A stretch of 64,000 nucleotides of DNA from Alphaproteobacteria bacterium (lineage in GTDB: Bacteria > Pseudomonadota > Alphaproteobacteria > UBA9219), in the NCBI GenBank assembly GCA_028691835.1, contig JAQUYN010000005.1, positions 2,001-66,000 of the forward strand, written 5' to 3'. A model generated the notes under the pieces. The model made no database searches. It saw nothing but the letters and a program-made list of their open reading frames with translations, and was not told where the DNA came from. Below are positions 1 to 9,578 of the stretch, piece by piece. A program made the translations under genes and the position numbers. Within the stretch, counting starts at the first letter, position 1. Every line of letters begins with the position of its first letter.

Positions 1-30
1 CGACTCCACGATCACGAGTTTATGCGACAC
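1..30 (-). CDS. topA: DNA topoisomerase I, first 10 codons only (runs off the left edge)
   Basis: The minus strand reads AAGGGAAG, a 3-nt spacer, then GTG TCG CAT AAA CTC GTG ATC GTG GAG TCG = VSHKLVIVES. This matches the canonical TopA N-terminus (KLVIVESP) and the topA position downstream of dprA. Only 30 nt are visible. Confidence 0.5.
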   Translation of the reverse strand, partial: MSHKLVIVES

Positions 31-50
31 AGACTTCCCTTTTTGATTAT

Positions 51-1163
51 CTATCCTATTAAAGCGACCTTATGCCCTGGCTGGCGATCCAGCCTTCCGG
101 CAAGCTCTAATTCGAGCAAGACAGTTAGCACAAGGGGCAATGACAATTGACACTGACGGACGAGTTCGTCAACTGATACTGGTGAAGTGCTTAGATTCTC
201 TATGATTTTTTCCCTCGATTGTTCTAAAAAGGCCTCGTCAACCTGCATGGGAGGTTCATTATAGGGGATGGGGGGGGCTTCGGCAAAGAGCTGCTTGGGT
301 TTATGGATGTGTTCTAGAATATCAGCCGTGCTTTCGGTTAGAATGGCCCCTTGTCGTATAAGGTCGTTCGTCCCATTGGCTCGTGGATCAAGGGGAGACC
401 CCGGTACGGCAAAGACTTCACGCCCCTGTTCAAGGGCCATGCGCGCTGTAATCAGAGAACCAGAGCGCCGTGCAGCTTCAACGACGATGACACCGAGGCT
501 TAAGCCCGAAATCAAGCGATTTCGTCGTGGAAAGAGGTTGGCGCGGGGCTCACATCCGATATATTGGTCGGAAACGATGCACCCTGTCTCGATAATTTTC
601 TGATATAGGGAACGGTTTTCCTCGGGATAAATGACATCCACACCACCGGCTAATACTGCGACAGTTCCCGTTGGGATTGCTTGCGTATGCGCTGCCGTGT
701 CAATACCCCGTGCAAGACCTGATGTGATCACGAAGCCCAGTTTGCCGAGATCATGAGCGAGACGTTCGGACATCTTGCGTCCATTAAGGGATGCATTGCG
801 TGCCCCCACAATACCAATTTGTTTTTTATGAAGAAGATTGGCTGTCCCCAGCACGGCTAACACTGGCGGCGCATCTTCAATAGCGGCCAGCGCTTCAGGA
901 TAATCCGGTTCGCACGACAAAATAAGCCGTGCACCCAACTTGTCGCAAGCTTTAAGCTCTTTTTCAACTGAGGCAAGTGAAGCGGCAATGAGTGGCTTGG
1001 CACGTCCCCCGCGTCGAGACAAATCCCCTAGATGTATTAAGGCTTCGCTTGCGCTGCCATAGCGGCGTAACAGTTGCCGAAAAGTGATGGGACCAACCTG
1101 TTCCGTTCGTGAAAGGCGAATCCAGTTAAGACGCTCTGATTCAATTAGGCTGGTTTTATTCAT
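51..1163 (-). CDS. dprA: DNA-processing protein DprA/Smf
   Basis: The 370-aa ORF has the DprA Rossmann core (GIVGARNAS, SGLARGIDTAAH, FPRRNRLISGLS) and a C-terminal winged-helix-like tail. Confidence 0.9.
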   Translation of the reverse strand: MNKTSLIESERLNWIRLSRTEQVGPITFRQLLRRYGSASEALIHLGDLSRRGGRAKPLIAASLASVEKELKACDKLGARLILSCEPDYPEALAAIEDAPPVLAVLGTANLLHKKQIGIVGARNASLNGRKMSERLAHDLGKLGFVITSGLARGIDTAAHTQAIPTGTVAVLAGGVDVIYPEENRSLYQKIIETGCIVSDQYIGCEPRANLFPRRNRLISGLSLGVIVVEAARRSGSLITARMALEQGREVFAVPGSPLDPRANGTNDLIRQGAILTESTADILEHIHKPKQLFAEAPPIPYNEPPMQVDEAFLEQSREKIIENLSTSPVSVDELVRQCQLSLPLVLTVLLELELAGRLDRQPGHKVALIG

Positions 1164-1749
1164 CCTTCTTCATTTCGCAAATTTGGGGTTCAGTGCCTGT
1201 GATAAGGCGGCGAATATTGTCTTTGTGTGTAAAAAAGATCAATAAAATGACAGCTCCGCATAACCATAAATACTGTTCTTGATGGAAAACAATGAGCCAG
1301 AGAGGTGTATAGGCAATGGCTATCAAAGCGCTTGCCGAGGATATACGGATTAGGAAAACGACCGCCATCCATGAAAGCATGGCCGCCAAAGCAACAGAAG
1401 GGGAGAGTGCGACAAAAACACCAAGTGCTGTTGCGACACCTTTGCCCCCTCTCAATTTTAGCCAAACAGGGAATACGTGACCAAGGATTGCCGCGAATGC
1501 AGCATAGCTTGCATATTCTGGCGCCCAAAGAAGGGCCAGTGAAGCGGCTAAAGTTCCTTTGAGTAAATCAAGCAAGAGCGTGAGAGCTGCTAGTTTTTTG
1601 TTGCCTGTGCGTAATACGTTTGTGGCGCCAATGTTCCCTGAACCTATTTTCCGAATATCACCGGCACCCATAAGTTTAGTCAAAATCAACCCAAACGGAA
1701 TACTACCAAGAAGATAAGCTATAAGAACGATGATGACAGATTGTATCAT
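1156..1749 (-). CDS. plsY: Glycerol-3-phosphate acyltransferase PlsY
   Basis: The 197-aa polytopic membrane ORF carries PlsY motifs (YLLGSIPFG, GSGNIGATN, GGKGVAT). It overlaps dprA by 8 nt. Confidence 0.9.
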   Translation of the reverse strand: MIQSVIIVLIAYLLGSIPFGLILTKLMGAGDIRKIGSGNIGATNVLRTGNKKLAALTLLLDLLKGTLAASLALLWAPEYASYAAFAAILGHVFPVWLKLRGGKGVATALGVFVALSPSVALAAMLSWMAVVFLIRISSASALIAIAYTPLWLIVFHQEQYLWLCGAVILLIFFTHKDNIRRLITGTEPQICEMKKDE

Positions 1750-1773
1750 TTGAAAACCCCATAGGAGAGTAAT

Positions 1774-2700
1774 TTATTTGACAAGAAGATCCAAACAAGC
1801 CATGCGCACCGCAACGCCCATTTCCATTTGCTCGAAAATGACACTAAATTGAGGGTCATCTGCAAGCTCACTTGTAATTTCGACACCACGGTTGATGGGC
1901 GCAGGATGCATAACGATAACGTTCGGTTTGGCAAGTTTAAGGCGGTCATGATTGAGGCCGTATTGGCTGTGATATTCTGCTTCGGATATTTTGAACTCAT
2001 TGGCCGTCAGACGTTCATTTTGAATGCGAAGCATCATAATAGCATCTGCGTTGTCGATGGCTGATTCAAAACGATCACATTTAACGACACCCAAGGATTG
2101 ATAATCTGTCAGCTCAAATTGAGGAGGAGAGAAGAAACGCACTTCGGCCCCCATTTTATTGAGGAGTAAGGCATTCGATTTTGCAACTCGGCTGTGCTTG
2201 ATATCACCGCAAACAGCGATTATTAAGCCATCAAGTCGTCCTTTGCGCCGAACGAGAGTCAAGGCATCAAGCAAAGCCTGCGTAGGGTGTTCATTTTGTC
2301 CGTCTCCGGCATTGATAACCGAGCCATCGACATAATTGACAGCCATTTTAACAGCTCCGTCTTCAGAATGACGGATAACAAATCCATCGACGCGCATGGC
2401 ATTGATCACGCGCATGGTGTCAGACAGAGTTTCTCCCTTTTTCATTGAACTTGATTGGGCGGTAAAATTGATAACGTCGGCACCCAAACGCTTGGCAGCA
2501 AGTTCAAAAGAGGTGCGCGTTCTTGTCGAGTTCTCAAAGAACATATTAACAATGGTTTTTCCGGCTAATTTGTCAGACTTCTTTTGATTAGTTCGGTTGC
2601 GATCAGCATAGGCATTAGCAAGATTAAGAATAGTTTCAATATCATGTCGAGAAAGTTGTTCAATTCCATATAGGTGTCGATGATTAAATAGGGTTGGCAT
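1774..2700 (-). CDS. pyrB: Aspartate carbamoyltransferase catalytic subunit
   Basis: Motifs STRTR, HPTQ and the HPAPINRG-type HPxP are present. The start is re-set to the ATG at 2700 (MPTLFNHRHL), which has AGGAG 8 nt upstream. The longer track ORF would overlap the divergent apbC gene. Confidence 0.9.
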   Translation of the reverse strand: MPTLFNHRHLYGIEQLSRHDIETILNLANAYADRNRTNQKKSDKLAGKTIVNMFFENSTRTRTSFELAAKRLGADVINFTAQSSSMKKGETLSDTMRVINAMRVDGFVIRHSEDGAVKMAVNYVDGSVINAGDGQNEHPTQALLDALTLVRRKGRLDGLIIAVCGDIKHSRVAKSNALLLNKMGAEVRFFSPPQFELTDYQSLGVVKCDRFESAIDNADAIMMLRIQNERLTANEFKISEAEYHSQYGLNHDRLKLAKPNVIVMHPAPINRGVEITSELADDPQFSVIFEQMEMGVAVRMACLDLLVK

Positions 2701-2810
2701 AAGCGTAGGCTCCTGAAAAGACCATGATACTGTCATACTATAGGACTCCTGTCCGTCTGAGACAAATCTATTTGTTGCGTTCCTATACCCTTCTTTGATA
2801 AGTCCGTTGT

Positions 2811-3893
2811 ATGACATACCCATCGCAAGACGACATTGTGCGTGTGCTGACCGGCATTGCGCTTCCCCATTCTGATATGGACATCGTAGAGGCAGGCCTC
2901 ATTTCTGACCTGTCTGCGACACAGGCGGACGGCGGCCTCCACGTTCAGCTCGTTTTGGAAATTGATCCCGCGCAGGCAAAGATGATGGAAACGGTGCAAC
3001 ACATGGCTCAGGCTGCCATAAAAGGCATCGCAGGCATATCGGACGCTACGGTCATTCTCGCTGCGCATAAACAGGCTCCATCTGGCTCTAAACCTGCGGC
3101 AAAAAAAGAAACGCCTTTCAAGCAAATGCTGCCAGAAGGGATTAAAAGCGTTGTTGCTGTTGCGTCAGGGAAGGGGGGGGTCGGAAAATCAACAACAGCC
3201 GTTAACCTCGCCATGGCATTGGCGCAGTCAGGGCTGAAAGTTGGCCTGCTGGATGTTGATGTTTATGGACCTTCGGTTCCACGTATGCTTGGGGCGATAC
3301 AGGAAGTTGAACAGGACGAAAAGGGGAAGCTTTTGCCGATTATGGCGAATGGACTTGCTTCCATGTCAATCGGTTATTTGGTTCCAGAAGATGCTCCGAT
3401 GATTTGGCGTGGACCTATGGTTCATGGTGCGATCAAGCAGATGCTTTTTGACGTTGCCTGGGGAGAAAGGGACGTTTTGATTCTTGATATGCCACCAGGG
3501 ACGGGGGATGCGGCTTTGTCCGTTGCACAACAACTCCCTCTGACCGGCGTTGTTATTGTATCGACGCCCCAAGATATTTCATTGCTTGATGTGCGTAAAA
3601 GCATTGCGATGTTTCAAAAGGTCAATGTGCCTATACTTGGTATGATTGAAAACATGAGTTATTTTGAGTGTCCCCATTGCCACGAGCGGACGGATCTTTT
3701 TGGCCATGGGGGAGTCCTTCGAGATGCGGAACGTCTCGGTTTACCCTTTTTGGGGCAAATTCCACTAGATTTGGTCGTTCGCGAATCTTCTGATGCAGGG
3801 ACCCCCATCGTGGCCCAACAGCCAACGAGTCCTTTGGCTGTGCATTATTTAGAGATTGCGGCGAGGATTGCAGAAATAACAACCCTCGAATGA
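2811..3893 (+). CDS. apbC: Fe-S cluster carrier ATPase, Mrp/ApbC/NBP35 family
   Basis: It has an N-terminal DUF59-like segment, the deviant Walker A SGKGGVGKSTTAVNLA, and a CPHC cluster-ligand motif. Confidence 0.85.
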   Translation: MTYPSQDDIVRVLTGIALPHSDMDIVEAGLISDLSATQADGGLHVQLVLEIDPAQAKMMETVQHMAQAAIKGIAGISDATVILAAHKQAPSGSKPAAKKETPFKQMLPEGIKSVVAVASGKGGVGKSTTAVNLAMALAQSGLKVGLLDVDVYGPSVPRMLGAIQEVEQDEKGKLLPIMANGLASMSIGYLVPEDAPMIWRGPMVHGAIKQMLFDVAWGERDVLILDMPPGTGDAALSVAQQLPLTGVVIVSTPQDISLLDVRKSIAMFQKVNVPILGMIENMSYFECPHCHERTDLFGHGGVLRDAERLGLPFLGQIPLDLVVRESSDAGTPIVAQQPTSPLAVHYLEIAARIAEITTLE

Positions 3894-3906
3894 AAGCCTC
3901 CAATCA

Positions 3907-3986
3907 GGTCACGAGCGGTTGCGAGGCGCAGAGCGAGTGAGTGAAAGCGACCCTTTCAATGAGTCCGTTCATAGGTCCGCTGATAT
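3907..3986 (-). repeat. Family-A palindromic repeat, truncated copy in inverse orientation
   Basis: The reverse complement reads ATATCAGCGGACCTATGAACGGACTCATTGAAAGGG...CACTCGCTCTGCGCCTCGCAACCGCTCGTGACC. This matches the left arm and core of the copies at 15944, 21769 and 52150, with the central hairpin deleted. Confidence 0.8.
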
Positions 3987-4021
3987 AAGCCTCCCTTAGC
4001 TGATTTCTCTAATCATTATGT

Positions 4022-4546
4022 CTAATCATTAAAGGAGTTATGGGGGGCCGAGGCTGAGGCTGCAAATTGATCATTGCTGTTGTTGTCCGAGGCTTGATCA
4101 AACGCTTCTTGGATGATCATACGCAGCTTGACTCGGGCTGCCATGCGATCTTGTACAGCCTTTGGCAGATCCGTCATTTTCAATACGTTTTTTTTCAAAA
4201 GAGCCATAACGACATCTTCGACGGCACGGGCCATTTCACCATCTGTCCGACGCAATTCGGACAAGGTCTCTTCGATTTTGCGTGGGTCCTGCCCATTTTT
4301 TTCGAGAAATGTTGTGAGATCAGGATGATTGTACGGAATCATCTCCGCACCGTGTAAGGCCTGTACGGTGGCGCGAGTTATCTTTCCGCTGCTATCCCTG
4401 ACTATATATGGCATGAGGTTGACTAAACGGTGAACGAAGGCACAGTTATTATCGCACACGAACCTTTTAACTTCCTTAACGTGATGGCGGGCCAATAAGT
4501 CGTGGACAACTGTAATAAGGGGGTTTCTTTTTGGCTCGGGACGCAT
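4022..4546 (-). CDS. Hypothetical protein (174 aa), no family recognised
   Basis: It is the longest ORF in the region and has helix-like composition. Only 49 nt separate it from the divergent gapR, so the true start may be an internal Met. Confidence 0.5.
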   Translation of the reverse strand: MRPEPKRNPLITVVHDLLARHHVKEVKRFVCDNNCAFVHRLVNLMPYIVRDSSGKITRATVQALHGAEMIPYNHPDLTTFLEKNGQDPRKIEETLSELRRTDGEMARAVEDVVMALLKKNVLKMTDLPKAVQDRMAARVKLRMIIQEAFDQASDNNSNDQFAASASAPHNSFND

Positions 4547-4595
4547 TAAAAAGCGGCTCTTCTATTATCCATACCCAATCAGGAGTGTCCTTTCC

Positions 4596-4847
4596 ATGGC
4601 CGATACATCTTCAGGTGAAGTTTCCAGCGAACGTTTGCGCTCATTCATTTTACGTATTGAGAAACTTGAAGAATCCAAGGCAAGCGTGATGGAAGACATT
4701 AAGGATGTCTATGGCGAAGCCAAGAGCACTGGGTTTGACGTTAGAATCATTCGTCAGATTATTCGCCTCCGCAAAGTTGAGATTGAAAAGCGTCGCGAAG
4801 CCGAAGAACTTCTTGATCTTTATAAATCTGCGATAGGGATGGAATAG
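4596..4847 (+). CDS. gapR: GapR-like nucleoid-associated protein (DUF2312/UPF0335)
   Basis: The 83-aa ORF has the family signature LRSFIxRIEKLEEEK...DIKDVYxEAKxxGFDV...IRLRK...LDLY. AGGAG lies 11 nt upstream. Confidence 0.8.
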   Translation: MADTSSGEVSSERLRSFILRIEKLEESKASVMEDIKDVYGEAKSTGFDVRIIRQIIRLRKVEIEKRREAEELLDLYKSAIGME

Positions 4848-4910
4848 GGATTACCTTGACCTCAGGGACGAAGCTTTCTATTTCTAAAGGAAAGAAAGGA
4901 GGGCTTATCT

Positions 4911-5702
4911 ATGTTCACGCTTTCCAAGCTGATTGGTAATTGTATCGAGCCTGCTACTTTTTTGACCTTATTGACTTTCTTTGCGTTGGCGCTGCAGTTG
5001 ACCCACAGCTCATGCGCGAAAGTCTTTTCCCGTCGCATGCTGCTTTGCATGGCGGCATGTCTTTTTTGTCTTGCCCTTTTGCCTTTGGGGATGTGGGCGT
5101 TGGTTCCCTTAGAAAACCGTTATGCGAAATTAAGCTTGCCTGAAAACGTCGATGGCATCCTTATGCTGACAGGGGATGAAGCCCCCGGCTTATCCGAAGC
5201 GCGTGGACTGGCTGTAGCGGGGTGGGCATCGCAGCGTTATATTCATTTGGCGCGGTTGGCTCAGAAATACCCTGCCGCGAAACTTGTCGTTGTTGGCGAT
5301 ACACGGCCCCTAAGTCCGTCACAGAAAACAACAACTCAAGATATTGCCCGCGATATTCTTCAAAATATTGGTGTTCCACTCGAGCGCGTCATCTTTGAGA
5401 AAGCTTCACGTAACACGCACGAAAATGCTCATTTTAGCAAAAACCTCATCAATCCCGCGCCACAAGAAACTTGGGTTGTGGTTACGATGGCTCCACATCT
5501 GCCGCGAGCGGTCCTCTGTTTTCTTCATGAAGGTTGGCGCGTTATTCCGTCGGCCTCGGATTATTTAACCGATGGTAAGATCACGTTGAGGTTGTTTACG
5601 CACATGTCTTCGAACCTTGATCTTCTCAACTTGGCGGCACATGAATATTATGGACTTTTTTCTTATTGGATGTTGGGCTGGACGGATTCGTTATGGATTT
5701 GA
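4911..5702 (+). CDS. DUF218 (YdcF/ElyC family) membrane protein
   Basis: It has N-terminal TM helices followed by a DUF218-like core (ILMLTGDE, VVVGD, NTHENA). AGGAGG lies upstream of the ATG. Confidence 0.75.
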   Translation: MFTLSKLIGNCIEPATFLTLLTFFALALQLTHSSCAKVFSRRMLLCMAACLFCLALLPLGMWALVPLENRYAKLSLPENVDGILMLTGDEAPGLSEARGLAVAGWASQRYIHLARLAQKYPAAKLVVVGDTRPLSPSQKTTTQDIARDILQNIGVPLERVIFEKASRNTHENAHFSKNLINPAPQETWVVVTMAPHLPRAVLCFLHEGWRVIPSASDYLTDGKITLRLFTHMSSNLDLLNLAAHEYYGLFSYWMLGWTDSLWI

Positions 5703-6661
5703 AATTTTTTTTGATTAGCCTTTTCTGTCTGCTTTCTCTGCCGACGCAGGCTCAAGATGCTCGTACGTTTTCTCTTTGGGTTGATCAATTTTCCCAAGAA
5801 GCCATCGCACGGGGCATTTCACAATCAACCTTGCAAAGTGCAGTGCCGTTGATGATGTATGATCAAAGTGTGATCGATCTTGATCGCAAGCAACCAGAAT
5901 CTAAGGTTACGTTTGCGCATTATCTTAAAAACACACTTCCTAAGTCCAGGATCACTCAGGCACGTGAGCTTTTGTCCGACAATCTTGCCGACTTAAATTT
6001 TCTTGAAATGAAAACGGGCGTTCCATCCACCATCATTGTCGCATTGTGGGGAATTGAGAGTAATTTTGGCCAGAACATGGGTGACAATGATGTGCTTACC
6101 TCTCTTGCGACACTTGCTTATGAGGGGCGCCGCGCTGCTTTTTTTAAAGAGGAGTTGATTCAAGCTCTTGCTATTATTCAGGAAGAGGGGCTGCGTCCTG
6201 AAACGCTTAAAGGATCTTGGGCCGGGGCCATGGGGCAGTGTCAGTTTATGCCTTCAACATATCGTCGCTTCGCTATCGATTATTATCGTGATGGTTCAAA
6301 AGACATATGGAACGATACTGGTGATGCGCTGGCCTCGATTGCAAACTATCTTTCTGCAGAGGGCTGGACGCCCGGCATGAGGTGGGGCGGGGCCGTGAAA
6401 GTGTCTCGTTCTGTGCCTCAGGATCAGGTGGGATTGGCCGTTAAAAAAAGTTTGCGTGCGTGGCGTGCGTTGGGGGTCATCCCCTTGTCTGATAAGGATT
6501 CAACGCTTCCTTCATTGGGACTTTCGTTAATTCAACCGGATGGTTCCTCAGGGCGAAGCTATCTTGTCACAGAAAACTTCCGGGCATTGATGCGTTGGAA
6601 TCGTTCGACCTACTTTGCGACCACCGTTGGCCTTTTCGCCGACCAGATAGGCTCAGACTAA
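5693..6661 (+). CDS. Lytic murein transglycosylase (MltB/SLT_2 family)
   Basis: A signal peptide (MDLKFFLISLFCLLSLPTQA) is followed by WGIESNFG and GAMGQCQFMPST motifs. The start is re-set to the ATG at 5693. Confidence 0.85.
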   Translation: MDLKFFLISLFCLLSLPTQAQDARTFSLWVDQFSQEAIARGISQSTLQSAVPLMMYDQSVIDLDRKQPESKVTFAHYLKNTLPKSRITQARELLSDNLADLNFLEMKTGVPSTIIVALWGIESNFGQNMGDNDVLTSLATLAYEGRRAAFFKEELIQALAIIQEEGLRPETLKGSWAGAMGQCQFMPSTYRRFAIDYYRDGSKDIWNDTGDALASIANYLSAEGWTPGMRWGGAVKVSRSVPQDQVGLAVKKSLRAWRALGVIPLSDKDSTLPSLGLSLIQPDGSSGRSYLVTENFRALMRWNRSTYFATTVGLFADQIGSD

Positions 6662-6846
6662 CAAAATAGTGTGTTTTATAATAAGATGTTACAGGCTGGC
6701 TGTTATCGCGTATTGCGTCACATGACGTAAAACTATAGACAGTTTGTGATGTTTTTTGACAATGCCCCACAATCATGGCCAGCATCTTGGTATGTTTTTT
6801 GAGCCAAGCGCTTCAACAAGGCTTCAACGGTCCCTAAAGAGGTTAC

Positions 6847-7776
6847 ATGAGGACATACTTCCGTATTATTGGATTATTTGCTGTTATTGCATTGAGCGCC
6901 TGCGGTGGGGGGCGTGGACCCGCGCCTTCCGCTAAGCAACGGACAAGTACGGGGGACAGTGGTTATTACAAAGTTGGAAAACCATACCAAATTAAAGGCA
7001 ACTGGTATTACCCGAAAGAAGATTACAGTTATGATGAAACTGGGATTGCTTCTTGGTATGGGGCCGATTTTCATAATCAGGCAACGGCGAATGGCGAAAT
7101 TTATAATAAAAATGAGCTCACAGCCGCCCACAAAACGCTACCAATGCCAAGTTTAGCGCGCGTGACAAATCTTGAAAATGGTCGGTCAATTGTTGTTCGA
7201 GTGAATGATCGCGGACCTTTTTCCGGGGCACGTGTTATAGATGTATCTCAACGTGCCTCTCAGCTTTTGGGGTTTGAAAGGCAAGGGACCGCCAAGGTCC
7301 GCGTGCAGGTTCTTGCCGATGAAAGTAAGGCTATTGCCGATGCCATGCGCACTTATGGTGGTTCGGCCTCCTCTGCGCAGGTGAGTGTAGCGTCCTCTAC
7401 GGTTTCAGACTCATCTGTCGAAGTGGCATCGTTGGGGCATCCAGAATATAATACGGCCTTTACGACGCCAGTTCAGCCTCAGGCTTTGCCGCCGATACAG
7501 GCCGTTCACCCTGTTGCCGAGTATGTGCAGGTTCCGGTTTCAGGAGCGAATCTGATCTATGTGCAGGCAGGAGCGTTTACCAATAAGGATAATGCCAGCC
7601 GCCTGCAAAAGAATTTACAAAAAGTAGGGCAAACAAGGATTGCCGAAGCGCAGGTGAAGGGTGTTCAATATTACCGTGTTCGAGTCGGTCCAATTGCTAC
7701 TGTTGCAGACGCAGATAAACTTCTGAAACGCGTTCTTGGTTCTGGTGCAGATAGCGCCCGCATCATTGTTGATTAA
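6847..7776 (+). CDS. rlpA: Septal ring lytic transglycosylase RlpA family lipoprotein (DPBB + SPOR)
   Basis: It has a lipobox (LSACGG), a DPBB core (ASWYGxxFHxxxTANGExY, VRVNDRGPF) and a C-terminal SPOR-like repeat (YVQAGAF...YRVRVGP). Confidence 0.85.
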   Translation: MRTYFRIIGLFAVIALSACGGGRGPAPSAKQRTSTGDSGYYKVGKPYQIKGNWYYPKEDYSYDETGIASWYGADFHNQATANGEIYNKNELTAAHKTLPMPSLARVTNLENGRSIVVRVNDRGPFSGARVIDVSQRASQLLGFERQGTAKVRVQVLADESKAIADAMRTYGGSASSAQVSVASSTVSDSSVEVASLGHPEYNTAFTTPVQPQALPPIQAVHPVAEYVQVPVSGANLIYVQAGAFTNKDNASRLQKNLQKVGQTRIAEAQVKGVQYYRVRVGPIATVADADKLLKRVLGSGADSARIIVD

Positions 7777-7795
7777 CAAGGGAGATTCCTTCGGT

Positions 7796-8938
7796 ATGAA
7801 AAGATGTTTGATCACGTTAGCCTTGCTTTTACTTCCCCTTACAGCCATGGCACAGGAAGCAACATCTGTTGTCTCTCCGTTGGAAACGTTGGCTAAGCAA
7901 GCCATCATTGTGGATGCCGAGACGGGTGATATTCTTTTCGAGAAGGAGGCTGACACAAAAATGCCGACTTCATCGATGAGTAAGGTGATGAGCATGTTCA
8001 TTGTCTTTGATGCTATCCGGCAGGGCAAGTTGAGTCTCGACAGCATCGTTACGGTCAGCGACGCTGCACGCAGTCAGGTTGGATCTCGCATGTTCATAAA
8101 TGCGGGGCAGAAAGTTAAAGTTGAAGATCTTGTACAAGGTGTCATTGTTCAATCTGGAAATGATGCCTCTGTAGCGTTGGCTGAGGCCGTATCGGGAACC
8201 GAAGCAAGCTTTGCAGAGTTGATGAATGCCAAAGCGCAGGAACTTGGTCTTAAGAACACACATTTCACAAATGCGACAGGCCTTCCTGATCCCGATCATT
8301 ATTCTTCGGCACGAGATTTGGCTACACTTTCTATCGCGCTGATTAAGACGTTCCCAGAGTATTATCATTTCTACAGCCAGAAAGAGTTTACCTTCAACGG
8401 GATCAAACAGGGTAACCGCAATCCGCTTTTGTACCGCAATATCGATGTTGATGGTGTCAAGACGGGACATACGGATGTCGCTGGGTATGGGTTGATCTCT
8501 TCGGCTTTGCGCGAAGGGCGGCGCATTGTCGTCGTCGTCAATGGCCTTTCCAGCATGCAAGAACGTGCCGATGAACCTGCAAAGTTGATCGAATGGGCCT
8601 ACCGCGAATTCGGCATGTATTCTTTTCTCAATCCTGAAGAAGCCATTGGAGAAGTCAAAATTTGGCTCGGCCTTATCCCGACTGTTAAAGTTACGCCAGA
8701 AAGATCTGTGCAGCTTTGCTTGCCTCGGTCTGCGAAAGAAAATGTCAAGATTGACTATGTCGTGAATGCTGAGACGCCAGCACCGATTACCAAAGGGCAA
8801 GTTCTTGGTAAGGCAACATTGACGGTTCCAAACAAGCCACCGATTGAAGTTGCTCTTCTTGCCGTTGAAGATGTTGGCAAGCTCGCCCTGCCGCAAGCTT
8901 TGTGGGTCAAGTTTAAACGCGCCATCGGGAAGGAATAA
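7796..8938 (+). CDS. D-alanyl-D-alanine carboxypeptidase (PBP5/6 class)
   Basis: SxxK (SMSKVM), SxN (SGND) and KTG (KTGHT) motifs are present, with a signal peptide. The start is re-set to the ATG at 7796, which has GGGAGA upstream. Confidence 0.88.
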   Translation: MKRCLITLALLLLPLTAMAQEATSVVSPLETLAKQAIIVDAETGDILFEKEADTKMPTSSMSKVMSMFIVFDAIRQGKLSLDSIVTVSDAARSQVGSRMFINAGQKVKVEDLVQGVIVQSGNDASVALAEAVSGTEASFAELMNAKAQELGLKNTHFTNATGLPDPDHYSSARDLATLSIALIKTFPEYYHFYSQKEFTFNGIKQGNRNPLLYRNIDVDGVKTGHTDVAGYGLISSALREGRRIVVVVNGLSSMQERADEPAKLIEWAYREFGMYSFLNPEEAIGEVKIWLGLIPTVKVTPERSVQLCLPRSAKENVKIDYVVNAETPAPITKGQVLGKATLTVPNKPPIEVALLAVEDVGKLALPQALWVKFKRAIGKE

Positions 8939-8944
8939 TGTCTG

Positions 8945-9577
8945 ATGAGTAGTGGTCGTTTCATCACGCTTGAAGGCGGCGAGGGGGCCGGAAAATCGAC
9001 GCAAGTCGCTTATTTAGTCGCGTTTCTCAAAAGCCGGGGCATCCAAGCCGTTGCGACGCGTGAGGTCGGTGGCGCGCCGGGCGCAGAGGATATAAGGCAG
9101 CTTTGGCTTTCCAAGCCGCAAGGATATTGGGACCCTTTGACCGAAGTCTTCTTGATTATGGCGGCGCGGCGCGAGCATGTGAAGAAAACGATTCTTCCCG
9201 CGTTGGAAGCTGGCATATGGGTGATCTCTGATCGTTATATTGATTCAACGCGGGCCTATCAAGGGATTGGTCTTGGTCTTGGTATCGATAAAATTGACTC
9301 GATCTATCACCAGATCGCCGGTGATTTTTGGCCTGACATGACGTTGTTGCTTGATCTTCCAGTTGCGACAGGTCTGGCCCGGATGGCAGCGCGCAGTGGC
9401 AAAACGGATCGTTATGAACAGCAAGATACGTCCTTTCACGAAACGTTGCGTCATGCGTATTTGAAACTTGCTGCAAGTGAGCATTCCCGTTTTGTGACGA
9501 TTGATGCTGCTTGTGATGCCGCCACTGTTCGCGCCCACATCGAAAAAGCTGTCGGCAATCTAATCGAGGCCGCATAA
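8945..9577 (+). CDS. tmk: Thymidylate kinase
   Basis: It has the P-loop EGGEGAGKSTQ, the DRYxDST motif and a lid region. Confidence 0.92.
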   Translation: MSSGRFITLEGGEGAGKSTQVAYLVAFLKSRGIQAVATREVGGAPGAEDIRQLWLSKPQGYWDPLTEVFLIMAARREHVKKTILPALEAGIWVISDRYIDSTRAYQGIGLGLGIDKIDSIYHQIAGDFWPDMTLLLDLPVATGLARMAARSGKTDRYEQQDTSFHETLRHAYLKLAASEHSRFVTIDAACDAATVRAHIEKAVGNLIEAA

Positions 9578-9578
9578 C

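Noticed and set aside
2701-2823. N-terminal extension of pyrB in the ORF track (start at 2823)
   Set aside because: The extension overlaps the divergent apbC start and lacks an SD. The internal ATG at 2700 has AGGAG 8 nt upstream and gives a normal-length PyrB.
7970-9004. 344-aa ORF antisense to the D-Ala-D-Ala carboxypeptidase and tmk genes
   Set aside because: The sense strand encodes proteins with unmistakable SxxK/SxN/KTG motifs and the Tmk P-loop. The antisense product is Arg/Phe/Ile-rich junk with no SD.
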